Positions 1-10,323 of a stretch of 64,000 nucleotides of DNA are shown in pieces. Origin of the DNA: Acidobacteriota bacterium. Lineage in GTDB: Bacteria; Acidobacteriota; Terriglobia; Terriglobales; Acidobacteriaceae. The stretch is taken from contig JAJZHE010000001.1 in the NCBI GenBank assembly GCA_021804655.1, positions 2,903-66,902 of the forward strand, given 5' to 3'. The notes beneath the pieces are model-generated. The model had not been told where the DNA came from. It saw nothing but the letters and a program-made list of their open reading frames with translations, and did no database searches. The stretch's first letter is position 1. Every line of letters begins with the position of its first letter. The translations under genes were made by a program, and so were the position numbers.

Positions 1-1
1 T

Positions 2-496
2 GGCGGCGATACCCACAACCGAGGCGGCGCGAAGACGCCGAATGCCTGGTTTGTGGGGATGGCACCGCGGCGCAATCCGGAGATTGCCGTGGTTGTGCTG
101 CAAGAGCATGGGGACTGGGGGTCTGGCTCAGCCAAGCTGGCGGCGCAGGTGATTACCGCCTATGTGAACAAGCAGCGCCATGAGGAAAACAACCTGGCGA
201 CAGCGCCGACAAAGCCTGTGGCGACGGGGCAGCAGGCAGCCTATTTGCCAATCCCTGCACCGATGTCTGCCGCGCAGCCTGCGTCCACGATGGAGATGGC
301 TGCGGTGTGGTCGCGACCAGACAAGGTAAGGCAGACCGGGCATCAGCAGGAATCTTCGCCGGAGCAAATGGCCGTGGGAGGATTTCAGATTGCGCTGGAT
401 CACCCGGAAGACCCGATTCGCGAAGCCACGCCGGAGGGTTTGCCGCAAACCGCCGGTCAGCGCGCTGCGACAGCCAGGAAGCCTGAGGCGCGCTGA
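2..496 (+). CDS. mrdA: Penicillin-binding protein 2, C-terminal part (5'-truncated by window edge)
   Basis: Frame open from base 2: NAWFVGMAPRRNPEIAVVVLQEHGDWGSGSAKLAAQVI is the typical transpeptidase C-terminus; stop overlaps the rodA start. Confidence 0.85.
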   Translation, partial: GGDTHNRGGAKTPNAWFVGMAPRRNPEIAVVVLQEHGDWGSGSAKLAAQVITAYVNKQRHEENNLATAPTKPVATGQQAAYLPIPAPMSAAQPASTMEMAAVWSRPDKVRQTGHQQESSPEQMAVGGFQIALDHPEDPIREATPEGLPQTAGQRAATARKPEAR

Positions 497-1593
497 TGCA
501 GAAGGCACTTGGTTATCGGGATTTTGACTGGCTGCTGCTGGGCATGGTGATGCTGCTTTGCACGCTTTCCGTCTTTGAGATTTATTCGGCAACGATGCAC
601 ACCAAGTACATCGGCTTTCACATCAAGCAGATGTACTGGATCGGCGGCGGGCTGGCGCTGATGTTTCTGCTGGCGCGTGTGGACTATCACCGTCTGCTGG
701 ATTTTGCCTACTGGGCGTATGGGGCCTGCATTCTGTCGCTGGTTGCAGTGCGGCTGGTGGGTACGCGCGTGATGGGCGCGCGGCGCTGGGTGCGCCTCGG
801 CCCGGTTCACTTTCAGCCGTCGGAGTGGGTGAAGCTGGTGCTGATCGTGCTGGTGGCGCATTACTTTGCCAACCTGGGCTGCAAGCGCTTGACCTGGCCG
901 GATATCTTCAAGGCCATTGGACTGGTGGGTGTGCCGATGCTGCTGGTGGTGGCGCAACCGGACCTGGGTACGGCGCTGACTTACTTCCCCATTCTGTTCA
1001 TTGGCCTGTTTCTGGGCGGAATTCACTGGCGGCAGGCGCTGCTGCTGGTTGCGGTTTCACTGGTGGTGGTGGTGGGAGCCTGGTCCAGCGGCAAGGTGGT
1101 CAAGCCGTACCAGAAGGCGCGTCTGACCAGCTTTCTGAATCCGGATGCCGATCCGCGGGGAACGGGCTATCATCTGCGCCAGTCCCTGATTGCCGTCGGT
1201 TCCGGCGGGATATGGGGCCAGGGTGCGGAAAAAGGCACACAGACACAGGGGAATTTTCTACCTATCCCTCATGCGGACTTCATCTTCGCGGCTTTCAGCG
1301 AGGAGCACGGATTTGTCGGCGCATTTCTGGTTCTGCTGTTATACTTCGCTATATTGATGCGTTTGATCCAGAACGCTCAAACCGCTGCCGACATCTCCGG
1401 TTCTCTTCTGGTGATGGGGGTGGTGGCGGTTTTGACCTTCCAGATCATGGTCAATATCGGCATGGTCATCGGATTCATGCCTGTGACGGGGATTCCACTG
1501 CCTCTGATGAGTTACGGCGGGTCCTCGGTGTTGTTTACCTTTCTGGCGCTGGGTGTGGTGATGAATGTACGCATGCGCCGGTTTGTCAACTAA
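496..1593 (+). CDS. rodA: Rod shape-determining SEDS peptidoglycan glycosyltransferase RodA
   Basis: Multi-TM; GARRW, FQPSEWVK, QPDLGTA, FLPIPHADFIF, PVTGIPLPLMSYGGSS motifs; follows mrdA. Confidence 0.95.
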   Translation: MQKALGYRDFDWLLLGMVMLLCTLSVFEIYSATMHTKYIGFHIKQMYWIGGGLALMFLLARVDYHRLLDFAYWAYGACILSLVAVRLVGTRVMGARRWVRLGPVHFQPSEWVKLVLIVLVAHYFANLGCKRLTWPDIFKAIGLVGVPMLLVVAQPDLGTALTYFPILFIGLFLGGIHWRQALLLVAVSLVVVVGAWSSGKVVKPYQKARLTSFLNPDADPRGTGYHLRQSLIAVGSGGIWGQGAEKGTQTQGNFLPIPHADFIFAAFSEEHGFVGAFLVLLLYFAILMRLIQNAQTAADISGSLLVMGVVAVLTFQIMVNIGMVIGFMPVTGIPLPLMSYGGSSVLFTFLALGVVMNVRMRRFVN

Positions 1594-2180
1594 GCTTAAG
1601 CTGCAAAAGAAGTTGCATACGCCCACTGATGGGCAAGAAAATCGAAAAATTACCATTACTGGCCGGCAGGGACTCAGATGTGTTGCCCCGGCAGGATTGG
1701 GATGAATGAAGACGCAAAGACGGGCAGTTGACGGCCATTGGCCAGGGAGCAGGATCGCAGAGACAGGGAGCAGGATCGCAGAAGATTGCGTGGCTCTTGT
1801 TTCCGCTCTCGCGACCTTGATTCCAGCCATCGTCAACGGAACGGCGTCGCAGGTGCAACGGATGTTTTTCCGGGCGGTTTTTGAACTGTCCCTGAGAACT
1901 TCAACACCAGCTCAGCATGCCACAAACTCTTTGCAACCAATAGGTAGCTCTCGACAGATTCGCCTGCATGCCGATGGCGTCAGCAGGCATCGCCACCCCA
2001 GCCCGAGCAACTGTCTCGCCTGGATGTGGCGAACCGCGTCTGTTGTCTGTTCGCACAGAATAAGTCTCAGAGTGCGTGCGGAGCGGTTACCTGAAAATTC
2101 ACCTTTCCCTGTGCGAGTGTCTCCAGAATTCAGTCTCCAGCCGGTTGTTCCCGTGGCAAGTCCCGGGACAGAAAGGCAAC
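1594..2180 (+). promoter_or_regulatory. Long structured leader region upstream of rne/rng
   Basis: About 590 nt non-coding; long imperfect hairpin 1727-1837 (gttgacg...cgtcaac) plus further hairpins. Confidence 0.5.
1743..1784 (+). repeat. 21-bp tandem direct repeat (2 copies, CAGGGAGCAGGATCGCAGA core)
   Basis: cagggagcaggatcgcagaga / cagggagcaggatcgcagaag seen directly. Confidence 0.9.
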
Positions 2181-4973
2181 ATGGCCAAGGAGATTTGTAT
2201 TTCCAGCACGCCGCATGAAACGCGGCTGGCAATTCTTGAAGACGATCAGCTTTCCGAGATTTATTATGAGCGTGAGAATGAATACACGCTGGCCGGCTCG
2301 ATCTACAAAGGGCGAGTAACCCGTGTTCTGCCTGGAATGCAGTCCGCATTTGTGGATATCGGCCTGGAGCGCGACGCGTTTCTGTATGTGACGGACTTCC
2401 TGGAGATGGAAGAGCCGGAGGATGCAGATGAACTGGAGCGTGCCGCTACTCAGGGCACTCCCATTCCGCAGCAGGTAACGCAAAATTCAGGCTCGCGGCG
2501 TGCTGTAGGACGGGAGCGTGGGAACGAGCGGGTGGCGCTTCCAGCGACCGAAGAAGCAGCGGAGTTGCACGAGGCGACGAACCTCGTTGCACCTGCACAG
2601 TCCGAAGGCCGTGTGAGCGATGGGGATGAGGCATCCGCAGCCGGCTCGCGCCGCATGCGTGGACGCCGTCGTCGCCGAGGCGGTCGAAATGGGCGCGACG
2701 ATCAGGCCGGGGAAGAACAATCCAGAGACGACCAGGCCACGCAAGTACAGAGTGGAGCGGAGCTGTTCGCGAAGCCGACGGTCTCGGCGGCATCGTCGAT
2801 TGTGTATGAGGCTGCTCCAGCAGCGGAGCGTTCATCTGCGGACGATGCGGAGATGAAGCTGAATGCCAGAGCATCGCGACGCAACAGCGGGCAGAGTGAT
2901 CGTTCGCCAGAGCAGCCTGCGAGTGCAACGCCGTTTGTTCTTCCTGGCGAGTCGCTGTCGCGATATGGCAAGACATCCGCGGTTGAGCCAGATGCTCGCC
3001 CGTCGGCTGCGCGTGCTGCTGCGGAACCCTCTGTGATCCCGGCGGCACGCACGGCGGCCAAGCCCTCGACGATGATCGAAACCGAGATTCAATGGGATGG
3101 AACCGGACTGCTGCCGGGTGAGTCGCTCGCACGTCATCGCAGCCAGCCATCGGTCACGGAGTTGGCTTCACCTGCGGTTGTAGAATCCGCCGAAGAACCA
3201 CCCATGGACATCATGGAAGAAGAGATGATCGAAGGATCGGCGCGTCATGACGCGGATCCGATTCCGCCCAGTGCATTTCGTCTGAAGGATCTCTTTGGCG
3301 GCCGTCGCAAAGACGATGGGGTTGAACCAGGGAAGAAGCAAGCTGTACGCGGGGTTTCAGCGCATGCGCACGGTGATGTGGACGAAGAAGAGATGGAGGT
3401 TGAGGAGTACGAGCTGTCGCATAAGGGAGCGCGCAAATCCAGCGGACAGGATGCTTCGGGTCGAGAGGACCAGACGCTTCAGCAGCAGGTGCGCTCGGGT
3501 GTGATTGGCGAGATGCTGCATGAGGTGCAACTGGAGACGCATACGCGTCCGGGTCGAGGGGGAGAAGCAACTCCTTCGCGCGATGGAGCCGGTCGTGGAA
3601 GACAGGGGCGCGGTGGGTCTGGTCGCGAAGGAGCAGGTCGGGCAGGGAATCGTGGTTCAGGTCGTGGTGTCGGCCGTGTTGATTCGCGCGAAGAACGTGG
3701 CGCCGGCGAGCGGAGTTCCGGCGAGAATCGCCGCCCCATGACGCGCCGAGCCGCCCAGACCTCGGACCTGCCCATTATCAGCGATCTGCTGAAACCGGGA
3801 CAAGAGATTCTGGTCCAGATTGCCAAGGAGCCGATCGCGCAGAAGGGTGCTCGGATCACCAGCCATATTGCGCTTCCGGGCCGTTTTCTGGTCTTCATGC
3901 CGACGGTCAGCCACGTGGGCGTGAGTCGCAAGATTGAGTCCGACGAAGAGCGTCAGCGCCTGAAGCAGATTTTGCTCAGCGAGCGCGGCGAAGCGACGGG
4001 AGGCTTCATCGTTCGCACGGCAGCCGACGGAGCCAGCGAAGAGGAGCTGCGCGCGGACCTTCGCTTCCTGATTCATCTGTGGAGTGAGATTCGGCAGCGC
4101 GCGGATAGTTCGCGTCCTCCGGCGCTGATCTATCACGACCTGAACCTGATTGAGCGTGTTCTGCGCGACCAGGTGAGCGATGATTTCTCTCAAATCTGGG
4201 TGGACTCCGAAGCGGATTACGAGCGGATTGTCCGCTTCCTGAATCGTTTTTCGCCGGACCTGGTTCGTCGCGTCAAACTGTATACAAAAGAAGTGCCGCT
4301 GTTTGAACACTTCGGCATTCAGGATGAAATCTCCAAAGCTCTGCGGTCGAAGGTGTGGCTGAAGAGCGGCGGCTCGATTGTGATCAATCAGACGGAAGCG
4401 CTGGTTGCGATTGACATTAACACGGGCAAGTATGTGGGCAAGACGGCGCGACTGGAAGACACGATTCTGAAGACCAATCTGGACGCGATTCCGGAGATTG
4501 TTCGGCAGATTCGCCTGCGGGATTTGGGCGGAATTATTGTGATTGACTTCATCGACATGGATGAGCGGAGGAATCGCGCGCGTGTGTTGACGGCTCTGGA
4601 GGAAGCGCTCAAGCAGGATCGCGCGCCGACGAAGGTACTCCAGTTCAACGACTTTGGCCTGGTTGCGATCACGCGCAAGCGCGTGAAGCAATCGCTGGAA
4701 CGCACGCTGAGCGTTCCGTGCCCGGTTTGCCAGGCGACGGGGATGGTCAAGAGTCCGGCGACGGTTGCCAACGAAATCTATACCGAGATGCGCAAGATGC
4801 GAAAACACTTTGAGCAAAGCGAAATCACGCTGCGCGTTCACCCGGAGACGGCGAAGGTGTTGAAGTCGGGCAGTGCGCGGTGGCTGGGTGAATTTGAGAC
4901 GTTGACGGGCAAAAGTGTACTGGTCAAAAACGACGCAACGCTTCATCCGGAGCAATTCGATATTCAGGGGTGA
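2181..4973 (+). CDS. rne: Rne/Rng family ribonuclease with a large disordered insertion in the S1 domain
   Basis: MAKEICISSTPHETRLA, GSIYKGRVTRVLPGMQSAFVDIG, EALVAIDINTG, RLRDLGGIIVIDFIDM, Zn-link CPVCQATG; SD-like gaaagg before ATG 2181. Confidence 0.9.
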   Translation: MAKEICISSTPHETRLAILEDDQLSEIYYERENEYTLAGSIYKGRVTRVLPGMQSAFVDIGLERDAFLYVTDFLEMEEPEDADELERAATQGTPIPQQVTQNSGSRRAVGRERGNERVALPATEEAAELHEATNLVAPAQSEGRVSDGDEASAAGSRRMRGRRRRRGGRNGRDDQAGEEQSRDDQATQVQSGAELFAKPTVSAASSIVYEAAPAAERSSADDAEMKLNARASRRNSGQSDRSPEQPASATPFVLPGESLSRYGKTSAVEPDARPSAARAAAEPSVIPAARTAAKPSTMIETEIQWDGTGLLPGESLARHRSQPSVTELASPAVVESAEEPPMDIMEEEMIEGSARHDADPIPPSAFRLKDLFGGRRKDDGVEPGKKQAVRGVSAHAHGDVDEEEMEVEEYELSHKGARKSSGQDASGREDQTLQQQVRSGVIGEMLHEVQLETHTRPGRGGEATPSRDGAGRGRQGRGGSGREGAGRAGNRGSGRGVGRVDSREERGAGERSSGENRRPMTRRAAQTSDLPIISDLLKPGQEILVQIAKEPIAQKGARITSHIALPGRFLVFMPTVSHVGVSRKIESDEERQRLKQILLSERGEATGGFIVRTAADGASEEELRADLRFLIHLWSEIRQRADSSRPPALIYHDLNLIERVLRDQVSDDFSQIWVDSEADYERIVRFLNRFSPDLVRRVKLYTKEVPLFEHFGIQDEISKALRSKVWLKSGGSIVINQTEALVAIDINTGKYVGKTARLEDTILKTNLDAIPEIVRQIRLRDLGGIIVIDFIDMDERRNRARVLTALEEALKQDRAPTKVLQFNDFGLVAITRKRVKQSLERTLSVPCPVCQATGMVKSPATVANEIYTEMRKMRKHFEQSEITLRVHPETAKVLKSGSARWLGEFETLTGKSVLVKNDATLHPEQFDIQG

Positions 4974-5155
4974 GCAACCAACTCCACCCAGAGTGTTTCC
5001 AAGGGGTCAGAGTACAAACTCTGGCCCTCTGTTTTGATGGCCCGAACGGAATGACAGAAGTCGCAACTTTTTCCGCGCTTCCGTGTCCAACTATCAGGAG
5101 TGGCCTGCATCAGACTCTAAGAGAGCGCAGTTCAAACTTTTACCTGAGGTGCACC

Positions 5156-6022
5156 ATGTTACGACCTTCCCGATTCAGCATTTTCCGCCCAGTGAGCGTG
5201 ACTGCACTGGCAGCCGCGTTTGGGTTGATTTTTTTTGCCACCGGCAGTGCGCATGCGACCGCAAGCGGCACAGCGGATGCGTTCTCCAGTTCCACGACAG
5301 GGTTGACGGCAGCCGATGCCTTTGGCGCGGACGGAGCGGCCAGCCTGACTGCCGGACTGACGGCGCTGCCTGCTTCTCCGGAGCCAGCCGCGGGTGGGCA
5401 GGTTTATCACGGATACAATCGCCATCACACGGGATGGAAGTCGCATCTGTCGTTTGAGGGTGGCGGCGGTGCGGATGCACCGATTGGCGGCGACTCCAAG
5501 GTCATTACATGGGGACCGGAAGTGACCCTGGGTGCCGGATGGAAGTTCACCAATCGCCTGAGCGCGCTGATTGAATATCAGTTCATCGATGACAAGCTGC
5601 CGGGCAGGGTGATCTCTGCTGCGGGTTCGCAGGGCGGCAATGCGCATATCTGGTCGTTCACCGTGGATCCGGTCTTCGATCTCTTTCCGAAGCACGCAAG
5701 CGACATATACCTGACGGGCGGCGGCGGATTCTATCGCAAGCTGACTACCTTCACCGATCCGCAGCCGGTGCAGTATTGCTACTACTTCTGCTATGGCGGC
5801 TATGCGAACGTGACGGTGGGTCACTTCTCCAGCAACCAGGGTGGAATGAATGTCGGCTTCGGTTTGTCGCATCGCCTGGGAAGCCCGGATATGGGCGGTG
5901 TCAGCCGTCTGCGCGCCTACATCGAAGCGCGATATCTGTGGATCGATACCCCTGGCAAAGGAACGCAGAACGGACTTGGGCGCACCGAACTGGTGCCCCT
6001 TACCATCGGTCTACGCTGGTAA
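5156..6022 (+). CDS. Outer-membrane beta-barrel protein (OmpA-like/porin family)
   Basis: Signal peptide (AHA), amphipathic beta-strands, YLTGGGGFY, C-terminal GLRW. Confidence 0.75.
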   Translation: MLRPSRFSIFRPVSVTALAAAFGLIFFATGSAHATASGTADAFSSSTTGLTAADAFGADGAASLTAGLTALPASPEPAAGGQVYHGYNRHHTGWKSHLSFEGGGGADAPIGGDSKVITWGPEVTLGAGWKFTNRLSALIEYQFIDDKLPGRVISAAGSQGGNAHIWSFTVDPVFDLFPKHASDIYLTGGGGFYRKLTTFTDPQPVQYCYYFCYGGYANVTVGHFSSNQGGMNVGFGLSHRLGSPDMGGVSRLRAYIEARYLWIDTPGKGTQNGLGRTELVPLTIGLRW

Positions 6023-6041
6023 CGCACCGGTCTTCGGTTGC

Positions 6042-6087
6042 AAATCCCTCCTCGCCGCCTTCGGGAAACACGGCGAGGAGGGATTTT
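6042..6087. terminator. Intrinsic terminator between convergent genes
   Basis: aaatccctcctcgccg ... cggcgaggagggattt perfect 16-bp inverted repeat. Confidence 0.85.
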
Positions 6088-6108
6088 CGCGTTTACAGGT
6101 TTGCGTTT

Positions 6109-6498
6109 TTACAGACCCATCTGTTTGAGCCGCAGAAGTCCGCCGACAACGACAGCGCAGGGCGCAAGCGCGACCATGAGCAGCGAGAACCAGATGGGGT
6201 AAGAGCCGCGCGACTGGATGGCGCTCATGGCTGAAAGCAACAGGACGATGATGGCCAGAGCCAGCGCGTGGATGAGCGGATTGTCGGTGGCCAGAGTCGC
6301 AGTCACGTATCCGCCGGAGATTGCGGCGACGAGCGTGGCGCCAAGACTCCACAGCATGGCAGTCGGTGGAATGGTTTTTCCGTCTGCGGAGTTTGCCTGC
6401 CTGCTGACCCAGCGTGACAGTGCCGTGGTGAGCGCCAGAATCATTGCCATGACGGCAAACCCACCGAGGAGCGTCAGAAATGTGTGCAGAACGATCAT
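6109..6498 (-). CDS. Small 4-TM membrane protein, unknown function
   Basis: Four hydrophobic segments; 4-nt overlap with the upstream ORF. Confidence 0.7.
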   Translation of the reverse strand: MIVLHTFLTLLGGFAVMAMILALTTALSRWVSRQANSADGKTIPPTAMLWSLGATLVAAISGGYVTATLATDNPLIHALALAIIVLLLSAMSAIQSRGSYPIWFSLLMVALAPCAVVVGGLLRLKQMGL

Positions 6499-6863
6499 CG
6501 CAGTGCCTCGCCGGTATCGAGCAGGTGGAGAAACTGACGCGCCAGTCGAGCCTCGCCAGGGTGTGATTCGCCGTGCATGGAGCAGAGATCGAGGAATTGC
6601 TCGACGGGCGCTGCGGCTGCGATGTCAAGACGCAACTGCGCGATCATGGTGTGCAGAGCGACGGCCAGCGAGCGAAGTTGCTCGGCTTCTGGCCAGGCGA
6701 CGGAGACAGCCTCAGAAAACAGGCCTGTGCGTCCGTGCGCGCACTCCTGAAGGCAGGCGACAAGCTGCGCGCGAAAGACGGCGCACAACTGTTCCATGTC
6801 CAGAGGCGATTCACTGCCGGATATTTCCTCGCTGTCTTCGTTGCTTTCGTCCATAGCCATCAC
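6495..6863 (-). CDS. Hypothetical protein
   Basis: Translationally coupled to pepP (GTGA overlap) and to the downstream ORF. Confidence 0.65.
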   Translation of the reverse strand: MMAMDESNEDSEEISGSESPLDMEQLCAVFRAQLVACLQECAHGRTGLFSEAVSVAWPEAEQLRSLAVALHTMIAQLRLDIAAAAPVEQFLDLCSMHGESHPGEARLARQFLHLLDTGEALR

Positions 6864-8224
6864 TGTGCGGGTTTCATGGCGGCTTCGACGTGCTGAGCCG
6901 TGTGCGGCAGGTTGGCGATCAGGTCGATCAGCTTGCCGTCCTGCCCGACAACGAAGGTGTCTTCGATGCGCACGCCGAGTTTTTCCTCCGGAATATACAC
7001 GCCCGGTTCAATGGTGAAGACCATTCCGGGCTTGAGCACCGCGGGATAGGTGGCCGGGTCGTGAACATCGATGCCTACCATGTGTCCAAGCCCGTGAATC
7101 CAGTAGTCGCTGAGCGGCTCGCCGTGCGGTCCTTTGCCGTGATCGTGAATATACTGCCAGGCGACGGTGTCGAGGGAGTTTGGATCCTGATGGTAGGGGT
7201 CGTTGATGGTGGATTTGCCCGCGACAAAGGCCGCGGCTGCTGCGCGCTGCGCGCCGAGTACGACATCGTAGACCTCCCGTTGGCGAGCGGTGAAGTGGCC
7301 GGAGACCGGCACGGTGCGCGTGATGTCGGATGCGTACATACTGTATTCGCAGGCGGCATCCACGACTACAAGATCGCCGTCCTGCATGGTGGCGGAGTTC
7401 TCGGAGTAGTGCAGGGTCGTTGAGTTGATGCCCGAGCCGACGATGGGCGCGTAGGAGGGACGTTCGCAGCCGTTCTCCATCATGCGGGCAATCATCTCGC
7501 CTGCCACGGCGCGTTCTGTGACGCCGGCTTTGACGGAGCGAAACATCAGCCGCTGCGCATCGATCGAGGCATTGGCGGCCTGCTTCATAAGAGCGATTTC
7601 GCCGGGGTCTTTCACCTGACGCAGCGGAGTTGTCCGTTGCGTCAGGTCGTGGGCCTTCAGTGGTGCAGCATCGCCGAGCGTGGTTGCCGTCCAGGGAAGC
7701 AAGGCAGCGGCCTGCGGCGAGTCCGGCTCCGCCCACACGTTCGCGCCCACCTTCCTGTTGGCCACAATCATCGCGTCCAGGACGGAGGGCAACGCGGACA
7801 TGGGCATGACCTCATCGACGCCAGCGAGCTTTGCCGCATCGGGCGTGGCGGCGTCCATTTTGACGCCGGTATATTTCTCCATGCGCAGATTGCGCACCGG
7901 AAGGAACAGGATTTCACGGTACGATTGCGCGGGCTTCGCCGAGGAATCGGCTCCCACGACGAGCAGCGCGGCGCCGGGTTCATTCCATCCGGTGAGGTAG
8001 TAGAAGTCTGCGTCCTGGCGATAGGGCATGAAGTCCAGAAGCGGCTCTTCGGCGGCAAAGAGCACAGCGACACCGCCATGCAAAGTGTCTCCCAGCGCGA
8101 CACGGCGCGCATGATATGTGGCAAGAGGCTGGCGCTGAAGCGCAGACAGGGGCAGGGAAGCTAGAAACAGGACGATAACGGAGAACTGGACCCGGACAGT
8201 AAACCAAGGCAAAGATCGAGGCAT
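6860..8224 (-). CDS. pepP: Xaa-Pro aminopeptidase (M24B) with signal peptide
   Basis: QDADFYYLTG, TTLHY, YASDITRT, HGLGHMVGIDVHD, TIEPGVY, GVRIED; start chosen from TTGACA-N18-GAGCCT promoter. Confidence 0.9.
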   Translation of the reverse strand: MPRSLPWFTVRVQFSVIVLFLASLPLSALQRQPLATYHARRVALGDTLHGGVAVLFAAEEPLLDFMPYRQDADFYYLTGWNEPGAALLVVGADSSAKPAQSYREILFLPVRNLRMEKYTGVKMDAATPDAAKLAGVDEVMPMSALPSVLDAMIVANRKVGANVWAEPDSPQAAALLPWTATTLGDAAPLKAHDLTQRTTPLRQVKDPGEIALMKQAANASIDAQRLMFRSVKAGVTERAVAGEMIARMMENGCERPSYAPIVGSGINSTTLHYSENSATMQDGDLVVVDAACEYSMYASDITRTVPVSGHFTARQREVYDVVLGAQRAAAAAFVAGKSTINDPYHQDPNSLDTVAWQYIHDHGKGPHGEPLSDYWIHGLGHMVGIDVHDPATYPAVLKPGMVFTIEPGVYIPEEKLGVRIEDTFVVGQDGKLIDLIANLPHTAQHVEAAMKPAQ

Positions 8225-8300
8225 GCACTCAGGCTCGGCGATTGCGCGCAGACGTGTCAAGCTGTGAATGAGTTTGCGGGCCGGAGCGAGCCGCAGTGGC

Positions 8301-9578
8301 TCATCCGGCCTTTTCCAGCAGCGAGAGGGAGAGGTCGCGGCGTTCGACCATCTCACGGGTGATTTCCAGTTCACGCGAGCGCTTGCTGTTGGGCAGGTGG
8401 TACATCAGGTCCAGCATCAGCTCTTCGAGGATCATGCGCAGACCGCGCGCGCCGACTTTGCGACGAAGCGCTTCGCGGGCCACAGCTCCGACGGCATCGG
8501 CGGTGAAGTGCAGGTGGACATTTTCATACTCGAAGAGTCGCTGATATTGCTTGAGAATGGCGTTTTTCGGTTTGGTCAGGATTTCAACCAGAGCCGCTTC
8601 ATCCAGCTCTTCCAGAACGCCCATCACCGGCAGCCGACCGACAAACTCCGGGATCAAACCATATTTGATAAGATCCTGAGGCTCCACCTGACGCAGCAGT
8701 TCGGTATCGCGCTGCGGACGAAGAGCAATCGCGCCATCCATCTCCGCATCTTCGGTCGCTTTGAATCCCAGGGCTTTCTTACCGATGCGTCGTCCGATGA
8801 CGCGCTCCAGGCCGACGAAAGCGCCGCCGCAGATGAAGAGGATATTGGTGGTATCGACAGCGGTGAACTCCTGATGCGGGTGCTTGCGTCCACCCTGCGG
8901 AGGAACATTGGCGACGGTGCCTTCAAGAATCTTCAGCAGCGCCTGCTGCACACCCTCACCGGAGACATCACGTGTGATGGATGGGTTCTCATCCTTGCGG
9001 CCAATCTTATCGATTTCGTCGATGTAGATGATGCCATTCTGCGCGCGTGCTACATCGCCATCGGCCGCCTGAAGCAGCTTGAGGATGATGTTTTCCACGT
9101 CTTCGCCGACGTAGCCTGCTTCGGTCAGCGTGGTGGCATCGACAATGGCAAAAGGGACATCGAGCATCTTGGCCAGGGTGTGCGCGAGCAGAGTTTTGCC
9201 AGAGCCTGTGGGGCCAAGCAGCAGAATGTTGGATTTGGCCAGTTCCACGTCGTTATTGCGCATCTTGTTCATCTGGATGCGCTTGTAATGGTTATAAACG
9301 GCGACTGCAAGTTTCTTCTTGGTCTGGTCCTGTCCGATGACATACTCGTCCAGAAACGCTTTGACTTCCTGCGGCTTCGGCAGATTGGCAGGCGAGGTGG
9401 TGGTGCTGGATTCGCTTCGATCGTCATCGAGAATGGAGTTGCAGACGGCAACGCACTCATCGCAGATGTAAGCGCGCGGGTAGTCGCTCGGCGAGGAAAT
9501 AAGCTTGGCGACGGCATCCTGCGATTTATGACAGAACGAGCATCGCAGTGTGTCTTCCGGTCCCGAACGTGTTTTCAT
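8301..9578 (-). CDS. clpX: ATP-dependent Clp protease ATPase ClpX
   Basis: C4 zinc finger CSFC...[36 protein letters not shown]. Confidence 0.98.
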   Translation of the reverse strand: MKTRSGPEDTLRCSFCHKSQDAVAKLISSPSDYPRAYICDECVAVCNSILDDDRSESSTTTSPANLPKPQEVKAFLDEYVIGQDQTKKKLAVAVYNHYKRIQMNKMRNNDVELAKSNILLLGPTGSGKTLLAHTLAKMLDVPFAIVDATTLTEAGYVGEDVENIILKLLQAADGDVARAQNGIIYIDEIDKIGRKDENPSITRDVSGEGVQQALLKILEGTVANVPPQGGRKHPHQEFTAVDTTNILFICGGAFVGLERVIGRRIGKKALGFKATEDAEMDGAIALRPQRDTELLRQVEPQDLIKYGLIPEFVGRLPVMGVLEELDEAALVEILTKPKNAILKQYQRLFEYENVHLHFTADAVGAVAREALRRKVGARGLRMILEELMLDLMYHLPNSKRSRELEITREMVERRDLSLSLLEKAG

Positions 9579-9622
9579 CTCTGCATCCCCCGACTTGTCC
9601 CATCCGGGACGAGTTCCTTGTA

Positions 9623-10213
9623 TCAGCTACGCGGCCTGTCGATGATTTCATCGATGATACCGTATTCCTTGGCCTGCGGCGCAGTCATGATGAAATCGCG
9701 CTCGACATCCCGTTCGATCCGTTCCAGGGTTTGACCGGTGTGCTTCGCCATCAACGTATTGGTGATTTCACGAATGCGTAGGATTTCGCGCGCATGAATG
9801 TCGATGTCCGTTGCCTGACCGCTCAGTCCGCCCATTGAAGGCTGATGGATGAGGATGCGCGAGTTGGGCAGCGCGAAACGCTTGCCCTTGGTGCCGGAGA
9901 GCAGCAGGAAAGCGCCCATGCTTGCGGCCTGGCCGATGCAGTAGGTCACCACATCGTTTTTGATGAACTGCATGGTGTCGTAGATGGCCAGCCCCGCAGT
10001 GATCGATCCACCCGGCGAGTTGATGTAGAGCTGAATATCCTTCTCCGGGTCTTCGCCGGAGAGAAACAGCATCTGTGCGACGACGAGATTTGCAATCTGG
10101 TCGTCAATGGGAGTGCCGAGGAAGATAATGTTGTCGCGCAGCAGACGGGAGTAAATGTCGTAGGCGCGCTCGCCGCGACTCGTCTGCTCAACCACCATGG
10201 GAACCAATGCCAT
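9623..10213 (-). CDS. clpP: Clp protease proteolytic subunit
   Basis: [33 protein letters not shown]. Confidence 0.98.
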   Translation of the reverse strand: MALVPMVVEQTSRGERAYDIYSRLLRDNIIFLGTPIDDQIANLVVAQMLFLSGEDPEKDIQLYINSPGGSITAGLAIYDTMQFIKNDVVTYCIGQAASMGAFLLLSGTKGKRFALPNSRILIHQPSMGGLSGQATDIDIHAREILRIREITNTLMAKHTGQTLERIERDVERDFIMTAPQAKEYGIIDEIIDRPRS

Positions 10214-10323
10214 GTTGCTATTCTCTCACTTTTGCCGAAAGGCTGTTGCGCTTCGGCGGGAAGGTGATGCTTGTTGGTTACGGGCGCATTCAAAGATGCG
10301 CCCTGGTTTCTGGCGGGATGAAA

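Noticed and set aside
1743-1784. Direct repeat as a target-site duplication of a mobile element
   Set aside because: Copies are adjacent with nothing inserted; no transposase or integrase in the window
1706-2218. 170-aa ORF in the rodA-rne gap
   Set aside because: No recognisable motifs or SD, overlaps the rne start out of frame; the region is better explained as a structured leader
8268-9734. 488-aa plus-strand ORF
   Set aside because: Antisense shadow of clpX
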